DNA of 64,000 nucleotides from positions 434,001 to 498,000 of the forward strand of contig SMSO01000035.1 of the NCBI GenBank assembly GCA_004764695.1. The letters run 5' to 3'. The position numbers and the translations under genes were made by a program. This document shows positions 11,276 through 24,565 of the stretch, in pieces (position 1 is the first letter of the stretch; every line of letters begins with the position of its first letter). This DNA is from Schizochytrium sp. TIO01. Its lineage: Eukaryota; Protista; Bigyra: Labyrinthulomycetes. The notes below the pieces were generated by a model, which had not been told where the DNA came from, made no database searches, and was given only the letters and a program-made list of their open reading frames with translations.

Positions 11276-14200
11276 GGAAATAATATTACGCTTGGGAATT
11301 GGAGAGGAGAACCTACCACGCGAAGTACAACCTATAGTTCCGAAGTAGGAAGGCGGGTTCCTGCAGAAACCGGGGAAAGTGAAGGTGTTTAAGTTTGTTT
11401 CTGTTGATGCTCCCTTCGCTGGAGCTCCGCTTCGAAGACGCTCAGTTACGGCCTTCGAGGATACACGAGGATTGTGAGGATGCTTCACGCAGCTTGAAAC
11501 CCGCCAAATCGCACAACCGTGGCGTATTCTTTGGAGTTATTCGGATTGTTGATCACTTGAATCGACTCTTAGTCATTAGAAGGCACTTTTTTTGAAAATA
11601 TATCGCGACTGTTGATAAACTAATGTTAAATAAACCAGTTTTGGTCTTTACAGTAAAATTCGTCAATACTCATAACAAACACTGATATGTAGTAAAAGTC
11701 GCAGACTGAAGCCCTTCACTCGAACGTGTAGCGTTTTGACTGATCACCACATAGGCCTTCCTTTCACTCCCTTTGCGATAACTTTAGTCTCGATAATTAA
11801 ATAACTAAACCAAAAAGAGAAAAAGCTCCTCCTTATAGATGATAATACTCGCCAAACGCATTCCAAAATTAAACCTAATCAAACGAAGGTGAAAATGAAA
11901 ATCGATCAAAATCCTCGGCGGACCAAGCGAAAGCTGGCCTCGAAGTCGGACTTCTTCTGCTCCAGGCGGCTTCGTAGACCTCTAAGTACGCCTCCTCTCG
12001 GGCCCTTCACGGCTCCCGGCGCCGCCTTTCCATGAGGCTCTTCGCTGCGTCCGCACAGCTTTGGAGCCTGGCAGCAAAGGCGGCGCGTGCGAGACTCAGG
12101 CAGGTGTGCGGCGCCGGGCTCTGAGTGCCCTAGCTGGAGACGTAGGCGCTGCTAGCGGGTAGCAGATCGATGCTCTGGGCTATTTATCGCGCCTCGCTTA
12201 GAGTATAGCTTAGGAGGCACAATAGTCTAATTCAATTACCTGATTTTACATTTTCAAAAGCTGCTTCTTCATGTGTTTTAGAAAATTTTTAAAATGGGGA
12301 AATAGCTGTGGAGCTGAATATTTTTAATTTTTGAAGAGGAAGAAAGCAAAAGCTATAGCGGCCTGGGTAGCCTCCTAGTTTGCTTATGGCGCTAAACGAG
12401 GTGGAAAACTTGGGATTTGAAGGGCAGACTGAGCGACGTAAATGAGAAAGAGGGCTCTCTGCGCAGGCTTAGTATGCGGTGTCCTGAAGCGAGGAGGTCG
12501 AGAGAGCCGTGAAAGTGACACGGTCCTCTTTTCTCTTGTTTCTTTTTGTGTTTAGGTACCTACCCGCCTCCTTTCAATGGTCCATATGTTTGCAAAATAT
12601 GCATTCGGCAAAGCAAATTGTTACTACCTTCTTTCACTTTTAAACGTTATTTTTGTTTTAATTGTTTTTTTGTTTTTTTTTAATTTTGTAAATCACAAAG
12701 AACAACTGAATAGAAAGAACAAACATACATTAAAAATAATATGACGAATTACAGAAATGGCAGAGCTAGTGGGGTCCTATTTGAACCCGTAGCAGCGAGG
12801 AAGGGGCGAATAAACGAGCCTCTGACTCTTAAAAAGACATGATGCTAAAACATTGCGATAGTACCCAGGTAATGAATGCGTAGAAGCAAAAGGTCCTCTT
12901 ACTTGTCGCTCTCGGGTGCCTGTGAACTCTGGGAGATGCGCTGATAGGCCAGAAAGCACTGCAAAGCGGCACCAAACTTCTGACGAGAGCGCCCTCAAGT
13001 CGCGCTTATTCTGAGGTCGAAGAAGCCAGGACATCAAGTGATGGGCCAACTCAATCATAATTGCCCTCGCATCGCTGATAATAGGATAGCAAGGCAGGCT
13101 CTACTTTTTTCTTTTTCTTTTTCTTTTTCTTTAAAGTCCAAGTTTTGAAGATAGCCTTCGACAATACTTCTTTTTGGAGTTCAAGAAAAAATAAAATAAA
13201 ATAAAATAAATTGCTGTCTGCTGTTGCCGTCAACAGGGAGCTTCGACACAGACAGAGATTTGCTTCAGAAGACGGCGCTGGAGTTCGAAGAAGCTCACAA
13301 GAGCTATGGAGCCCCGCGCTCTGAGCCGCTTGCGGTGGTCTTGAGACATCTATTTATCCGTGGCCCAACGAATGTTCAAGGTTTCTTTCCGTCGTAGCTA
13401 CTGAGAGTGTCCTAGGCAATGCGCTAGCTGGCTTGCTGTATCGTGATGATAGACAGTGCGACGGTGATTATATGTTGCTTGCTTCCTTGCTTCCTTCCCT
13501 CCTTTCTTCCTATGGTCAGTCAACATTCATTCAGAGACCCTTTACTTACGAGGAAGATAGAACTGCAAACTTCATTCGCATACATTCTACTTGAAATGCC
13601 TTTTTGTTTCAATTCTGTAGAAAGTTTGGAACTCAGAGCCCTTTTCTCTATTGCGTTGAATGGGCGATAACTGCATTCTATTGAGTTCCAAATGGGCTTT
13701 CTACTGTATGTAGTATGTATTCATGAATATGCATCATATTTCTCAAATTAAGGCTTTCTTTTACTTATTGTCCTTGTTACTTTTTTGTTTTTAAAATTAA
13801 ATTTTAAATGATAGCGAGCACCGTATATTTCCTTATCTGCACTTCAAGAGCACTCACTCACTACGAAGGAAACAGAAAGGGGGAAACAGAGAGAGAAAGA
13901 GAGAATTAATTCGGGCATCCAGCTCTTTCTAGAAGGCAGACGACCGGGACGCTGCGCAATGCTTCGTCACAGACCGCAGGAACAGAGCCGAAGCCGCGCC
14001 ACGCCTGAGAAAGCGCGATCGAACTGCCCGCTCCCTTCTGCTTTGGCCCAGTTATCATCGTCCCTTTTCTTTACAATATTTTTCGAAGAAACAATTTTTC
14101 TTAAAAAATTCAAATTCATCTGTTTTCCCTTGAAAACAAAGACCATAGCCGCAGGAGAGGGGAGTGAAAATTTATCGTGTATTAGCTCCGGCTGCTCACT

Positions 14201-15030
14201 CACCCACTTTGGAGCCTTCGAAGCTTTAAAGAAAGGCAGTTTAACTGCGCCGGGAACGCTTATCTATCCTGGACAAGGCTTCTGGGATGAGTAAACCCAA
14301 CCTCAGCATGACCAGAGCTCCAGGAGGATCATCTTTTCACGCAAAAGAGCAAAGCAGGCAGCTCGAAATGTGAACATTGTGAAAGAGTTCGTTCCTCTTC
14401 CTGCACTGTCACAACTTGCCTCTCATGATACTGTCCCTTTCAGCCTCTCAAGCAGTCCAGTGTACAACCTCCCAAAACATCGCAAAGGTTCTCTCTTTGT
14501 AAGACGCTGACCACTGGAGCCAAATACGGCGCACTGTGGAGAGAAAGTCGTCCTCCTCCGCGATTCATGAGCGGGGAACGTTTCGAAATTTGCCTGCGAC
14601 TGAAGGAAAGAGAACAAAGTATATATGATATATCGAAGATGAAGAAAAGGTGGCGAAAGAAGCGCCGCTGAGAATGAAGAACTCGCCAACAAAAGTCAGA
14701 AGAGAGAGACGTGGAGCGGCGGCTCTGAGCGGACCTGCTCTCTATCGAGCGCGTCTTTTCCTCTCATTCGCTGCCGTATCAGATGTTCGCTGCACTCATT
14801 GCTCATGACGCGGCCACGATCGTGCGAAGACTTGCTTGCGGTTTAAAGAACAAAGTATCTGCGATCGATTCTCAACTTGTCAAGCGTCGCTGCCGCTGAG
14901 AGGATTTATTTTATTATTCTTTCATGAAGAATATGAATTAACTTGAATGACTCTTGTCTTCGGTTTGCTTTTTGAGTTAAAGAGGAGTTTTGAACATTGA
15001 AAGCTCCCGAAGAAGGCCTCCAGCGGAATA

Positions 15031-15031
15031 A

Positions 15032-15102
<71 letters not shown>
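15031..15102. repeat. (AAAG)18 microsatellite
   Basis: Directly visible perfect run. Confidence 0.97.
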
Positions 15103-15103
<1 letters not shown>

Positions 15104-18100
15104 GAGAGCTCCTTCCGTCTCAACAGCAGAAGGGGTCTTTGAAGAAGTCTCTCCGCTAAGTTGTTGTTAGCTGCTAAGGTTATAGAATGGGGCAGGCCCC
15201 GCAGTAGCGCCTCAGAGCCCAGTGGGCTGTGAGAAAGGGAGGAAATTCACACCAAATCTAGCTAGCAATATGAAGAACAAGACATCTCAGAACACCGCGT
15301 GTCTGCTTCAAAATAAAATCATTGAACGATGAATCACTCAAGCCGAAGCTGCCGCTGTGAAGACACGCAGGCACAGGCGCCGGAGAGCCAAAGGGGCCGA
15401 AACCGCAGCTTCATGGCGGCCTCTCGTCCCTTCCTGTCCACCTTTGCAGCTTCTTTTTCTCTTTCTCTCTTTCTTTCTTTCTTTCTCTCTTTCTTTATTT
15501 CTTTCTTGCACTCATGGGCACACAGTTTCTCGCGCTTTTTCTACGCTTGGCAGTTTTGGGGTTGATGTGGAAATTTTACCCTGTGAAAGAAAGTGAGAAA
15601 GAAGTTTCTTTTTTGGAGACCTTGTTTTATGCTGGGAATGTGGCTATTCACTCACTACATACTGAGCGATTCTTTATGTTCTTCGCTTGAATTTTTATTC
15701 CCAAGTTAAAACGTTTTAACTCAGGAAACAAGAGGGCAGGACTGACTGCACATAGGCGTTCCACTAGGACTCGCGTTCCCAGGATAGCACCCTGGGAAGA
15801 AAGAGAGAGGTCACTTAGCACTAGGTAATTGGTCCTACCAGTGCTGCGATGATTGCTTCGTGCCGGTCCTATGTAGCGGTAGGTAGGTCCTACGTGGAAC
15901 GTAGTAAAAGGTGGAGGGAATAAGAAAGATAGAAAGCAGAGCAGAGGAGAATCGATCAACGGAGCGATAGTTCACAGGCTCCTGCAGAGATGGAAACCGA
16001 AGAAGCACGCTCGAGGCCTCTGCCAGGCTGTCTTCTGCGCTGCTTTGGGCCTCCTTTTCGAGCGGAGTCACGGCTTGTGCGTCCTTAAGGAGCCGCCGTT
16101 GTTGGCTTGGCAAAATTGACAAAGCTTGATGTCCACGCGCTCCCAGAGACCTTATTTCTCCGGTTGGGAAATCGACGCAAACGAGGTCCATCGTAATATT
16201 GTGAGAGGGAGTAAAATATCAGAGAGACATAGAGGTGGTGCGCTTAATAAGGGAATTGCAATTGGCAGTTCTTTGAGCCATGATGGTTAAATGGTTACCC
16301 GCAGCCATTGCTGCTGTATCGTCCGAGTTTTGTATTTTTGAGCTCAGAACGCTCGAGGGTTTAAGAAAAAAGAGCAAAAGCCGGCTTTTAAGAAAGTAAA
16401 TACGCTGTAGCGTACTGTTATAAAAATGAGGCTGAAAGAGAAATCATTGCCATTTATCATACTCCGCAAAGTTGAAGCTTGCGATCTCCAGGCTTTCTTG
16501 AAGATGGTTGTTGAAGAGCGATGCTGCAGCGGAAATGCGCTTTCAAAGCTCATGTTCTCGGGTTCAAAACGAAGTCGAAGACCCTATTACTCCTACAACA
16601 CGTACAGAGCTAGCAATGGCAACGCAGCACTTCGAAGGACTTTGACAAGACTGGAAAGAAATGAATGTCATTTTCTTAAAAAGTTTGATCACAGCGCATT
16701 GCAGAGTTTAACTGTTCTTATCAGGAAAATAGAAAATCCGCCTTCCTTCTTTAATAAGTGAGACATAATTATTATAGGAAGATTAGCAGGTACTCTTATT
16801 TAATTTAAAGCTCTACTGTATATTTTCTTCTTTTCTATTTGAAAATGAATACTTTCCCTCTCTTTAAAACGATCAATTTTGTCATCAAAGAACAACTATC
16901 CATTATAATAGGAGAAGGGAAAAACCAAACTTACATTGAATGATTCTCGTGTTTGAAATAAGTCTTTCCTGTTAGAATATACTATGAATGCTTCCAAACC
17001 AGCGAATATGAATGAATAAAATCGACTATCAATAGCAACGTTTATTTAAATGGAATTAGTTCTATTTGGTTGCCACTTTTCTCTTCCTGTATTCATTTCT
17101 ACACAAAGCGTCAATTCTATTTTATTTTATTTTATTATTATTTTATTATAATATGTAAATACTCTTTCAACAATCTCTTTCCAGTGAGACGGTTCTTCTT
17201 AGCAAGAAGCCACTCGTTCAAACATTATGTTGATCGAGCTCAGCGCTAACTTAGTTGGTATCGCAGTTAATCCGGTTCTCGTTCGCTTTTATTTGGCAGG
17301 AGTTCGTCCATAAGTGCTTAATACTTCAATTATCTATTTCGAGCTTTTTGGCAAAATCGAGCACCGTTTTCGGCTTTTGCAGTGCGTTTTTTTTCACTTT
17401 TGATCAGCTGGAAAGACGAAACCAAGGCCTCCGTGGTGATAAATCCGCCTTTTAGCTGCAGCAGAGGCTCTCGTTCACTTATTCTGCGGCCTCGGCGCGA
17501 AAGAAGGCATCTGATGGAGCTCCTGCGATGGCAGAAGTTGGGGTTCATTTAGACCCTTTCCACGCGCCACGCGAACCTAATATAAGAGAAAAGAAAAGAA
17601 AAGGTAATCACCTGCATCAGTCTTACTCTTCAGTAGCCGCCTTAGAGGGCAGGTAGGTACGAAGGTAACACTAAGTTGGAAGGCTCTCTTCATCGAAGAT
17701 AATTTTCTCCTGCATACTTTACAAAAAAATAAGTTTGGTTTTATAGTTCTACAAACTCGCCTGAAGAAAAATAATCGATACCCCCTGCAGAAGAAACATG
17801 GCATACGTGATGACGAACTTGACTTTTGCTGTTCAGGAAAATAAATAAAAACAAAGCAAATGATAGGCTACTTAAAATGTACGAAGGGAAGCGCAGAAAA
17901 ACATTCGAAATAGAAAGTCGACTGCGAAACTGAAAGGTCTCCTTCGAACAACTACAAGAACAGCAATGAGAACAGCAGCAGCCGTAGACACACTCAAAGT
18001 CGCCTCACTATACAATAACTTTAAGCCACAACGTGCACGATATTGGCGCCCTCACGAGCCTGAGCTACTGGGTTGAAATCTATTTTTTTTAAGTGATTGA

Positions 18101-18692
18101 GAAATTCAACTCAAAAGAATCACTCAATATACCTTTTCAAGAAGCATGAAGGTTGAACCTATCACGGTGATTGCTGCTTCACCTTATTAATGAAGTGAGG
18201 AAACCTTTTTAAGCACGCGTCTGTAGAATTGGGGATTTAAGGTGCATTCCGCGTCCCCAGGATTCAGCGGGCTTACTTTGCAGCTTTCTCTCAGCGTCTC
18301 TTTCAGGAGGCGGTGTGGTCGCAACTAGGGCCCCTTAAGACCACCTTAAACTGTCGTCTCGCCTTATCTTCCATGTCTGTCCGTTTGGAAGGCATAAGCC
18401 ACTACCATAGCGTGCAATTTAATGTTTACTCTAAAAATAAGAACTTTTACAATTTGCTTCATCAACTTCAGAACCTTCCTAGTTGGGTAGCGCCTTTCTT
18501 CCTACTTCTTCTCTTTGCATGTTTAAAGGTTTTGTTAACTATGTATTTATCAATTTATGACTCTAGTTTTAAAAAGATTACAATGTTGCATATTCAAGTT
18601 GTATATATTCCTCTGCCTCGTTTTAATTCTTTTTGTTTTTTAAGCCCTAACCACCGCAGAGCTCTTCGTATGTTTGAATACGCGCAGAGAAA

Positions 18693-18728
18693 CTGACTGA
18701 CTGACTGACTGACTGACTGACTGACTGA
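18693..18728. repeat. (CTGA)9 microsatellite
   Basis: Directly visible. Confidence 0.95.
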
Positions 18729-19051
18729 GCGATTCGATATTCATTCTTTTGATTGGACTCCTTTCTTTGTTGGGGTTTTCTTGCGGAATGGCGGTTTTCG
18801 CGAAAGAGCGGACCCTTCACAAAGCGTGGGGACCGCAACTCCACAATTATCTGTCGAAAGCGCTGGCTCAAAGGAGCTCCTTCCTTCCTTTCCTGTGGCG
18901 TTTCGATAGCTTTCAAAATATTTTTAATTTAAGAAGAAAGACTTGGGTCTACTAGTCCATGCTACTAGTCCATACTAATGACATTTTCTTTTTTTTTTCT
19001 ATTATTACTCAATGCTTCATATTGTCGATTCAAACTTCTGCGTGGTCTTAT

Positions 19052-20129
19052 TCAGCGGCTCTGCTGATCCGTAGAGGATAGTCTTGGACTGTTATCATTT
19101 GGACATTCCTAATCATGGATTGCTGTCATTGGATTCATGATGTCGTGCATATCAATTCGAATAGGTGAATTTGCCACGCGTTTATTGAGATTGGAGATAT
19201 ATTTTAGTGCGAGGAAAACTGATTCCTCCACAAGCTTTTGCTTGGAATTCACGTCCTAGGAGAAAATATGACATATTCTGATCCAGAAAACTCGAGGTTG
19301 TCTGGGATCGCATTGCAAATCTGTGGTCACTTCCACAGATTAACCTATGAAATTTGCAAAACTTGCCTTTCCAATTGATGCCAAGCTTAGGTCCCATCGC
19401 GACTCAAAGACAATTTGTAAATAATGGCTCTGAATAGGTAGCTCAAAAGGATGCCTCTGGTCACGATCATTTAGGTATTTGCATTCATATATATCTTTCG
19501 GGGGGCAAGGAAGGTATTTGACAACCGAGGATATTCCCAGCTTGTCGAAGTTGATTTCACGGATTTAGCTGCGACTCTCCCTGCAAGTTACTAGTTTACA
19601 CCACTGCCAGAGCAAAAGCTCTGCTTCGTGAATGAGCGCTTGACTTTAGCCTACAAGGGACACCTCATTCAAGCTGTCTTCATTTGGACCCATCTTGTTA
19701 GCTTGTTAAAGGCTTCAAATTCAAGCAGAGAATAGCACCCTAGTTTTCACAGAGCTAAAGTACAAGGTTGTGGTGCATCTTGATAGTCCAGTACGGCACA
19801 CAAGCCCGGTCTGTTGAAGTTGTACCCTCTACCAGTGCCTTTGTAGACGGAGGTCGCGCCCAGATAGGCGCACTGGAGGTGGCCAATCAATCTGGCATTT
19901 GAAATCTTATTGTTGCTGGGCGGAGAACACACAGTAGTGTCTGTGCTTCGTTGCTTGCGGCTGCTGGAACAAACAAACCGTAGCCATAGGCGCACTCAAC
20001 GTCGTCACTTGTTGGGGTATATGCCTCTGGTACCTCCCCAGTAAGGCGCCAAACTTCTGGTTGAAGTACTTTGATGATGGTTTGAATTGACGGTTTGCTT
20101 CGTTTGCTGGTTGGTGGTTCCTTGGCCAT
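19052..20129 (-). pseudogene. Putative decayed coding relic of unknown family
   Basis: Manual translation of 19693->19052 gives 214 codons of protein-like sequence (MGPNEDSLNEVSLVG*SQALIHEAELLLWQWCKL..*IREINFDKLGISSVVKYLPCPPKDIYECKYLND..LQIVFESRWDLSLASIG..) with 5 internal TAA/TAG stops. Short ORFs in other frames (MAKEPPTSKRSK.., 20129) lie just upstream. Confidence 0.35.
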
Positions 20130-21732
20130 GCCATTTTCTTACCTTCCATCCACTCTATAACGAAGACCTAGATAATTATAATTCATTATTTTACATAGAA
20201 TAGTCACTTCCATTCAGAGGTTTAAGAAGTTCTAACGTTTTCACAAGTGGAGCAGAGAAAGCCGTTCCCTCGGTTCCCCTTTCATTTTGCTTCTCTATAG
20301 TTTGCTTTTGTTTCTTTTCTTATACTCAGGCTGCTGTTTCCTTTTTAAAAGTTTAAAACTTGAAGAATAAGAATAGGAATAATTCAGGATAATTTATACC
20401 TTCAGATTTCGAGGTTTACGCGCTGCTGTGAGCATCAATTTGCAAGCTTGCATTAAGAATGGTTTGATAATTGAGGCCTATGCAAGGTTTTCTGCGATGA
20501 AGGAGTACATAATGCTGTCTTTAAGTCCTTTAAGCACTGCGCAGCGAGCTTAACTCAAGGGATGGTCCATACGAATGTTAACGTATTATCGGACCAGGTA
20601 TGGAGTTTCGATTTAAATGTAGGTCAGACCTGGGACATACGCGAAGTTTTGTTTTGTTTTGCTTTCACGTTCTTTTAGAATGTACTACATACTATGTATC
20701 GTGTTGATAATGCATTCCTTCTCAATCATGATCTATTCTTTTAAAGAGAAATTACAATACAGCATGAAAGAAAACTTCTACTACTGTCAGTAAGGGGGAG
20801 TAGAAACAAAAAGAAAAGAAGGACTTATGATGGTGTTAGTGTTTGGTTTTAGGATGTGAAATCCAGTGAAAAGAAACCAACACCTCGAAGGAAATAACCA
20901 AAGGCTTTGTTACCAAAAGTAACTATGTTATGACTTAGAATACCTATGCAAGTAGCAATTTAGACGAGTGGAAAGTGAACATAAAAGAAAGAAAACGATT
21001 AAAACATCAACTTTTTATTAAATTTGTTTTTATAAAAAAGGAAATTAAAAAGAATTATAGTAACTTGAAGGAAGTGAGGGAGAGGAAGTGCAAGCTCAAC
21101 GATGTCTCCTTCCGTCTGGAGCACTCCGGTCCACGCTTCGACCATGGTGCGCTAGACGGCCAGTTAGGCAGTGCTATGAGCCGCTGTGCGACCACTCACT
21201 TACTTCTCACTACCTGTCTACTGCGAAGTGTGCCGACTTCCATAAAAGGACTGGCACGCACCTGGCAGGCGCTGCATCATTACTGCTTCTTCCTCTTTGT
21301 TTTTCCCATTCATTTGCGTGAGTTGGCAGAGTATGTTTTGTGGAGAGAAAAGTTTTTAGTTTTTTTTTTATTTAAAGTTTTTTTTAAGATTCTCCGTGGC
21401 TTGGTTTTCTTGGATTGCCTGTATCTTTGCGCCCCTTTTGTCGATACTCCGCACTCATGCGCTTGATTTCCTGCAGGTTTTTGTGCGATGGTACTCGCAC
21501 TCCAAGTTTTCAAAAACCGACGAAGAACTTGTGAAAAGCTCTGTCATCATTTTTCCATCCGTACCATTGCAATGTTTAATTTAGTTCCGTGTTATTCAAT
21601 TTCATTTTCGAAAAATGTTTTCCGCGCCTCCTTTTTTGCCTTGAATAGGACTAAACTCGCGAAAGGAATCGGGGTCCAAGAAGAAAAACAAGAAGAATTA
21701 AGAAGAAAATCAAGAATACCAAGAAGAATACC

Positions 21733-21771
21733 AAGAAGAAGAAGAAGAAGAAGAAGAAGAAGAAGAAGAAG
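21733..21771. repeat. (AAG)13 microsatellite
   Basis: Directly visible; preceded by degenerate aagaat/aagaag units. Confidence 0.95.
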
Positions 21772-23309
21772 CGTTCTGTACCGCTCACGTTCAAGTTCTT
21801 CTCTCAGACCGAAGAGAAGCTCTGACGGCCTCGTTTTGCAACACCTTCGAAGTGAATGCTGATCGTCTCTTCCTCCGTGTGTTTCAGGGCGCTACGAACT
21901 CCGTGCCGCAAAGAACGCTCTCGTTGAACTCTCTTTCCTCCTCGCAAAGAAGAGCGCAGACAGAGAGAGAGAGAGGAGCTACTTACGTGTGGCAGCATGT
22001 AATGAATGATTGGGCAGAAAGAAGCTTCTTCAAGTCACGCTTCGCTTTTGAGTCGTCACTTTCTTATGCTGTCGCTGGATCAAATCGAGGGTGTTGCAGG
22101 CAACCCGAGGTACTATGAAGCGGTACCTGCGCGCACGTTTGTTTTCGTGCACGAAGTCTACAGGGCGTCAAGCAAGGAGTCGGCGCTCATGAGGACATAG
22201 CTTGGCGATAGGCAGTGGCCGTTTTACACTCGTAGCCGTGTCTAAGAAAGCCGCCCTTTAGATGCTCTAGAAGCAATTCGAACTTGAAGAAACGAAGCGA
22301 TAGTAATAGTTTGCACGGCGTATAACTGAAGGCGAAATTTATTTAGTTATTTATTTCGTAAATAAAATAATTTGTTTTTAAAGTTTTTAAAAATTTACAT
22401 TTTAAATTTAATTCTGTCCAAGTGGCCCTCGTTTACTAGTACGCTGCTTATTGTTTACTTTGGCAGTTTTACCTCTAAGTAAACTTTTATCGCTTGGGTA
22501 GCTCTGATTTTATTGCTCGACACTTTTCATGCTTGTTTTTAGTTTGCTCTTAATAGTTTGCGACTGTCTGACTTGCATGGTTCTATTATGTTTCCTGTCC
22601 TACTAAAGGAAAAGTTTAATAAAATATCTAAACTAGGGATTTTTTATTTTTTTTTAGTAAATATATTTTTAAAGAAATAAAACGATTTTTCTTTCATTTT
22701 AAATTTAGAGTTGTATATGTCATAGTAGTAATATATGCACAGCATAATAGCGACGTTGTTTGAAACTTATTGTTGAAAACATTTCTCTGCGGTGTCGTCA
22801 GAGGGAAGGTCACTCCTATCAAGTGCTAAGCAACATGTAGCGGCTGAAGGGCCCATGGTGGCTTGCTAGTATGTAACTAGCTGCGCTTAGGAGTCTCTCT
22901 CAGCTGCTTGAGCTTGAAAAAGCTGCTTTTCTTCTCTTTGCAGCCTCAGAATGGGCGCAATAAATCTGATAAAGCCGGACAAATCTGTACGAATGGCCTC
23001 TCAACACTCTGAATCTGAAGCTGTACTTTCTTTCTCAAAAACCCGCGCCTCTTGAAACAATGAAGTTCTCGATCGCTGAAGCGTTTTTAAGGATTCAGAC
23101 TGACACTCATCTTTGAGCACCATCAAGTAACTCCAGGGTCCAAGCCCCCCCCCCTTTCTTGGTTTATCAGCTGTAATTGATTGTAGAATAGTACTATCCA
23201 GCGAGTATTAGGACACACATAGTGACTACTAACTAGTACGTTTCTATGTGGGGTTAAGTAGGACTAGTACATAGGACTGCATATTTGGCAATTAGGAGCC
23301 CCCGCTATC

Positions 23310-23324
23310 GTAGTAGTAGTAGTA

Positions 23325-23362
<38 letters not shown>
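23310..23362. repeat. (GTA)n microsatellite with one interruption
   Basis: Directly visible. Confidence 0.93.
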
Positions 23363-24060
23363 ATCACTGATGTTACTGATGATAGCGCTCAAACCGTTGA
23401 AAGGGTTGTGGAAAGGTACTACGTACGCTTCATACTTGGTGTAAGCTTGAATGGAGATAAGGAACTGAGAAGCAAGGGAGACATGGGCGCTTTGTGGGTC
23501 TCAAGATAGTGTAAATTTCGGCTGGGTGGGCATAAAATTGTGCTTCTGGTTGGTGTGCGAATGGGTTTTTATGAACTAACAAGGTTTCAGAATTGGCGAA
23601 TTGCTGCGCTGCATTTACACTGCCGTGGTCGGTGACGAATGAAATTCAAGAGTGGCTATGTGGTTGAAATAAACAAATTAGGCATATCATTGCGTAGCAC
23701 GGCTGTACAATTCGAACCAAGAAATAAAAAGTGAAGGATAAGTAGGAAGCAGCTTAAACAGCACAGAATCGTGAATCGAATCACGAAAAAATCTCAGAAG
23801 CACGGCTATGGTCGTAAGGGTTTTAAAATATACATGTTTTAGATACAGTCTGGTTCTAGATTGACAGAAGCCTATGTTGCTGGTGTTGCTGGATTCTCAC
23901 CGAAAAACTTATTAGTATACGAAGCTCGTTGCACCGCTAAGAAACATTAAGCACTTAGATTTACTGAAGACATTGGACGTCGATGAACTCATAGCAAAGA
24001 TGAAACGATAGTACAAGAACACAACCTTCAAGGATCTATCAGTTGGCATATTTTCACTTT

Positions 24061-24565
24061 CTTCGTTTTGATGTCACGAAAATAAAATGCTAGCACGCAA
24101 AGCTGCATTTAACCTTTCGATTTCCAAAATTAGCGCGAATAAATTTCTTTCCTTTTGCCATGTGTTTTCCTGCATGGCCTATGGGCGACGACGACTGGAC
24201 TCGCGACAATGCTGTTGAGGTGTCTGGTAGATTGAACAGAATGGTTCAAGATGCCTAGGGACTGGAGATTCCAATGTTTATTGATAGGAACGGTTTTCAA
24301 TTCTTCTTCTTTTTAATGTGGTTTCTACATCCATTACCTATTGCTATTCCTGATACCCGATCTCTTAGGGATATCATGAACCTAGCACTAATAAACGGAA
24401 ACTGAACTGCTTGCGCTTTTGGGGCACGCGCTCGAAGAACTTATTGACTTGGGAGTGTTATACTCCAGAACGTTAGACAGTACTCTGTATCAAATTGAGA
24501 CCCTCCTCGAGCTATTAGTTTTAGGAAAAGATATGTATGCGGTGCATTCGTTGTTGGCATTATGA
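24061..24565 (+). pseudogene. Putative degraded KCTD/T1-type BTB(POZ)-domain gene relic
   Basis: In-frame translation 'LRFDVTKIKC*HAKLHLTFRFPKL..FAMCF..QDA*GLEIPMFIDRNGFQFFFFLMWFLHPLPIAIPDTRSLRDIMNLA' resembles the BTB signature FIDRDG..F..IL.YL...L.LP. It has two TAG stops, then a frameshift into a Leu-rich helical tail. Confidence 0.35.
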
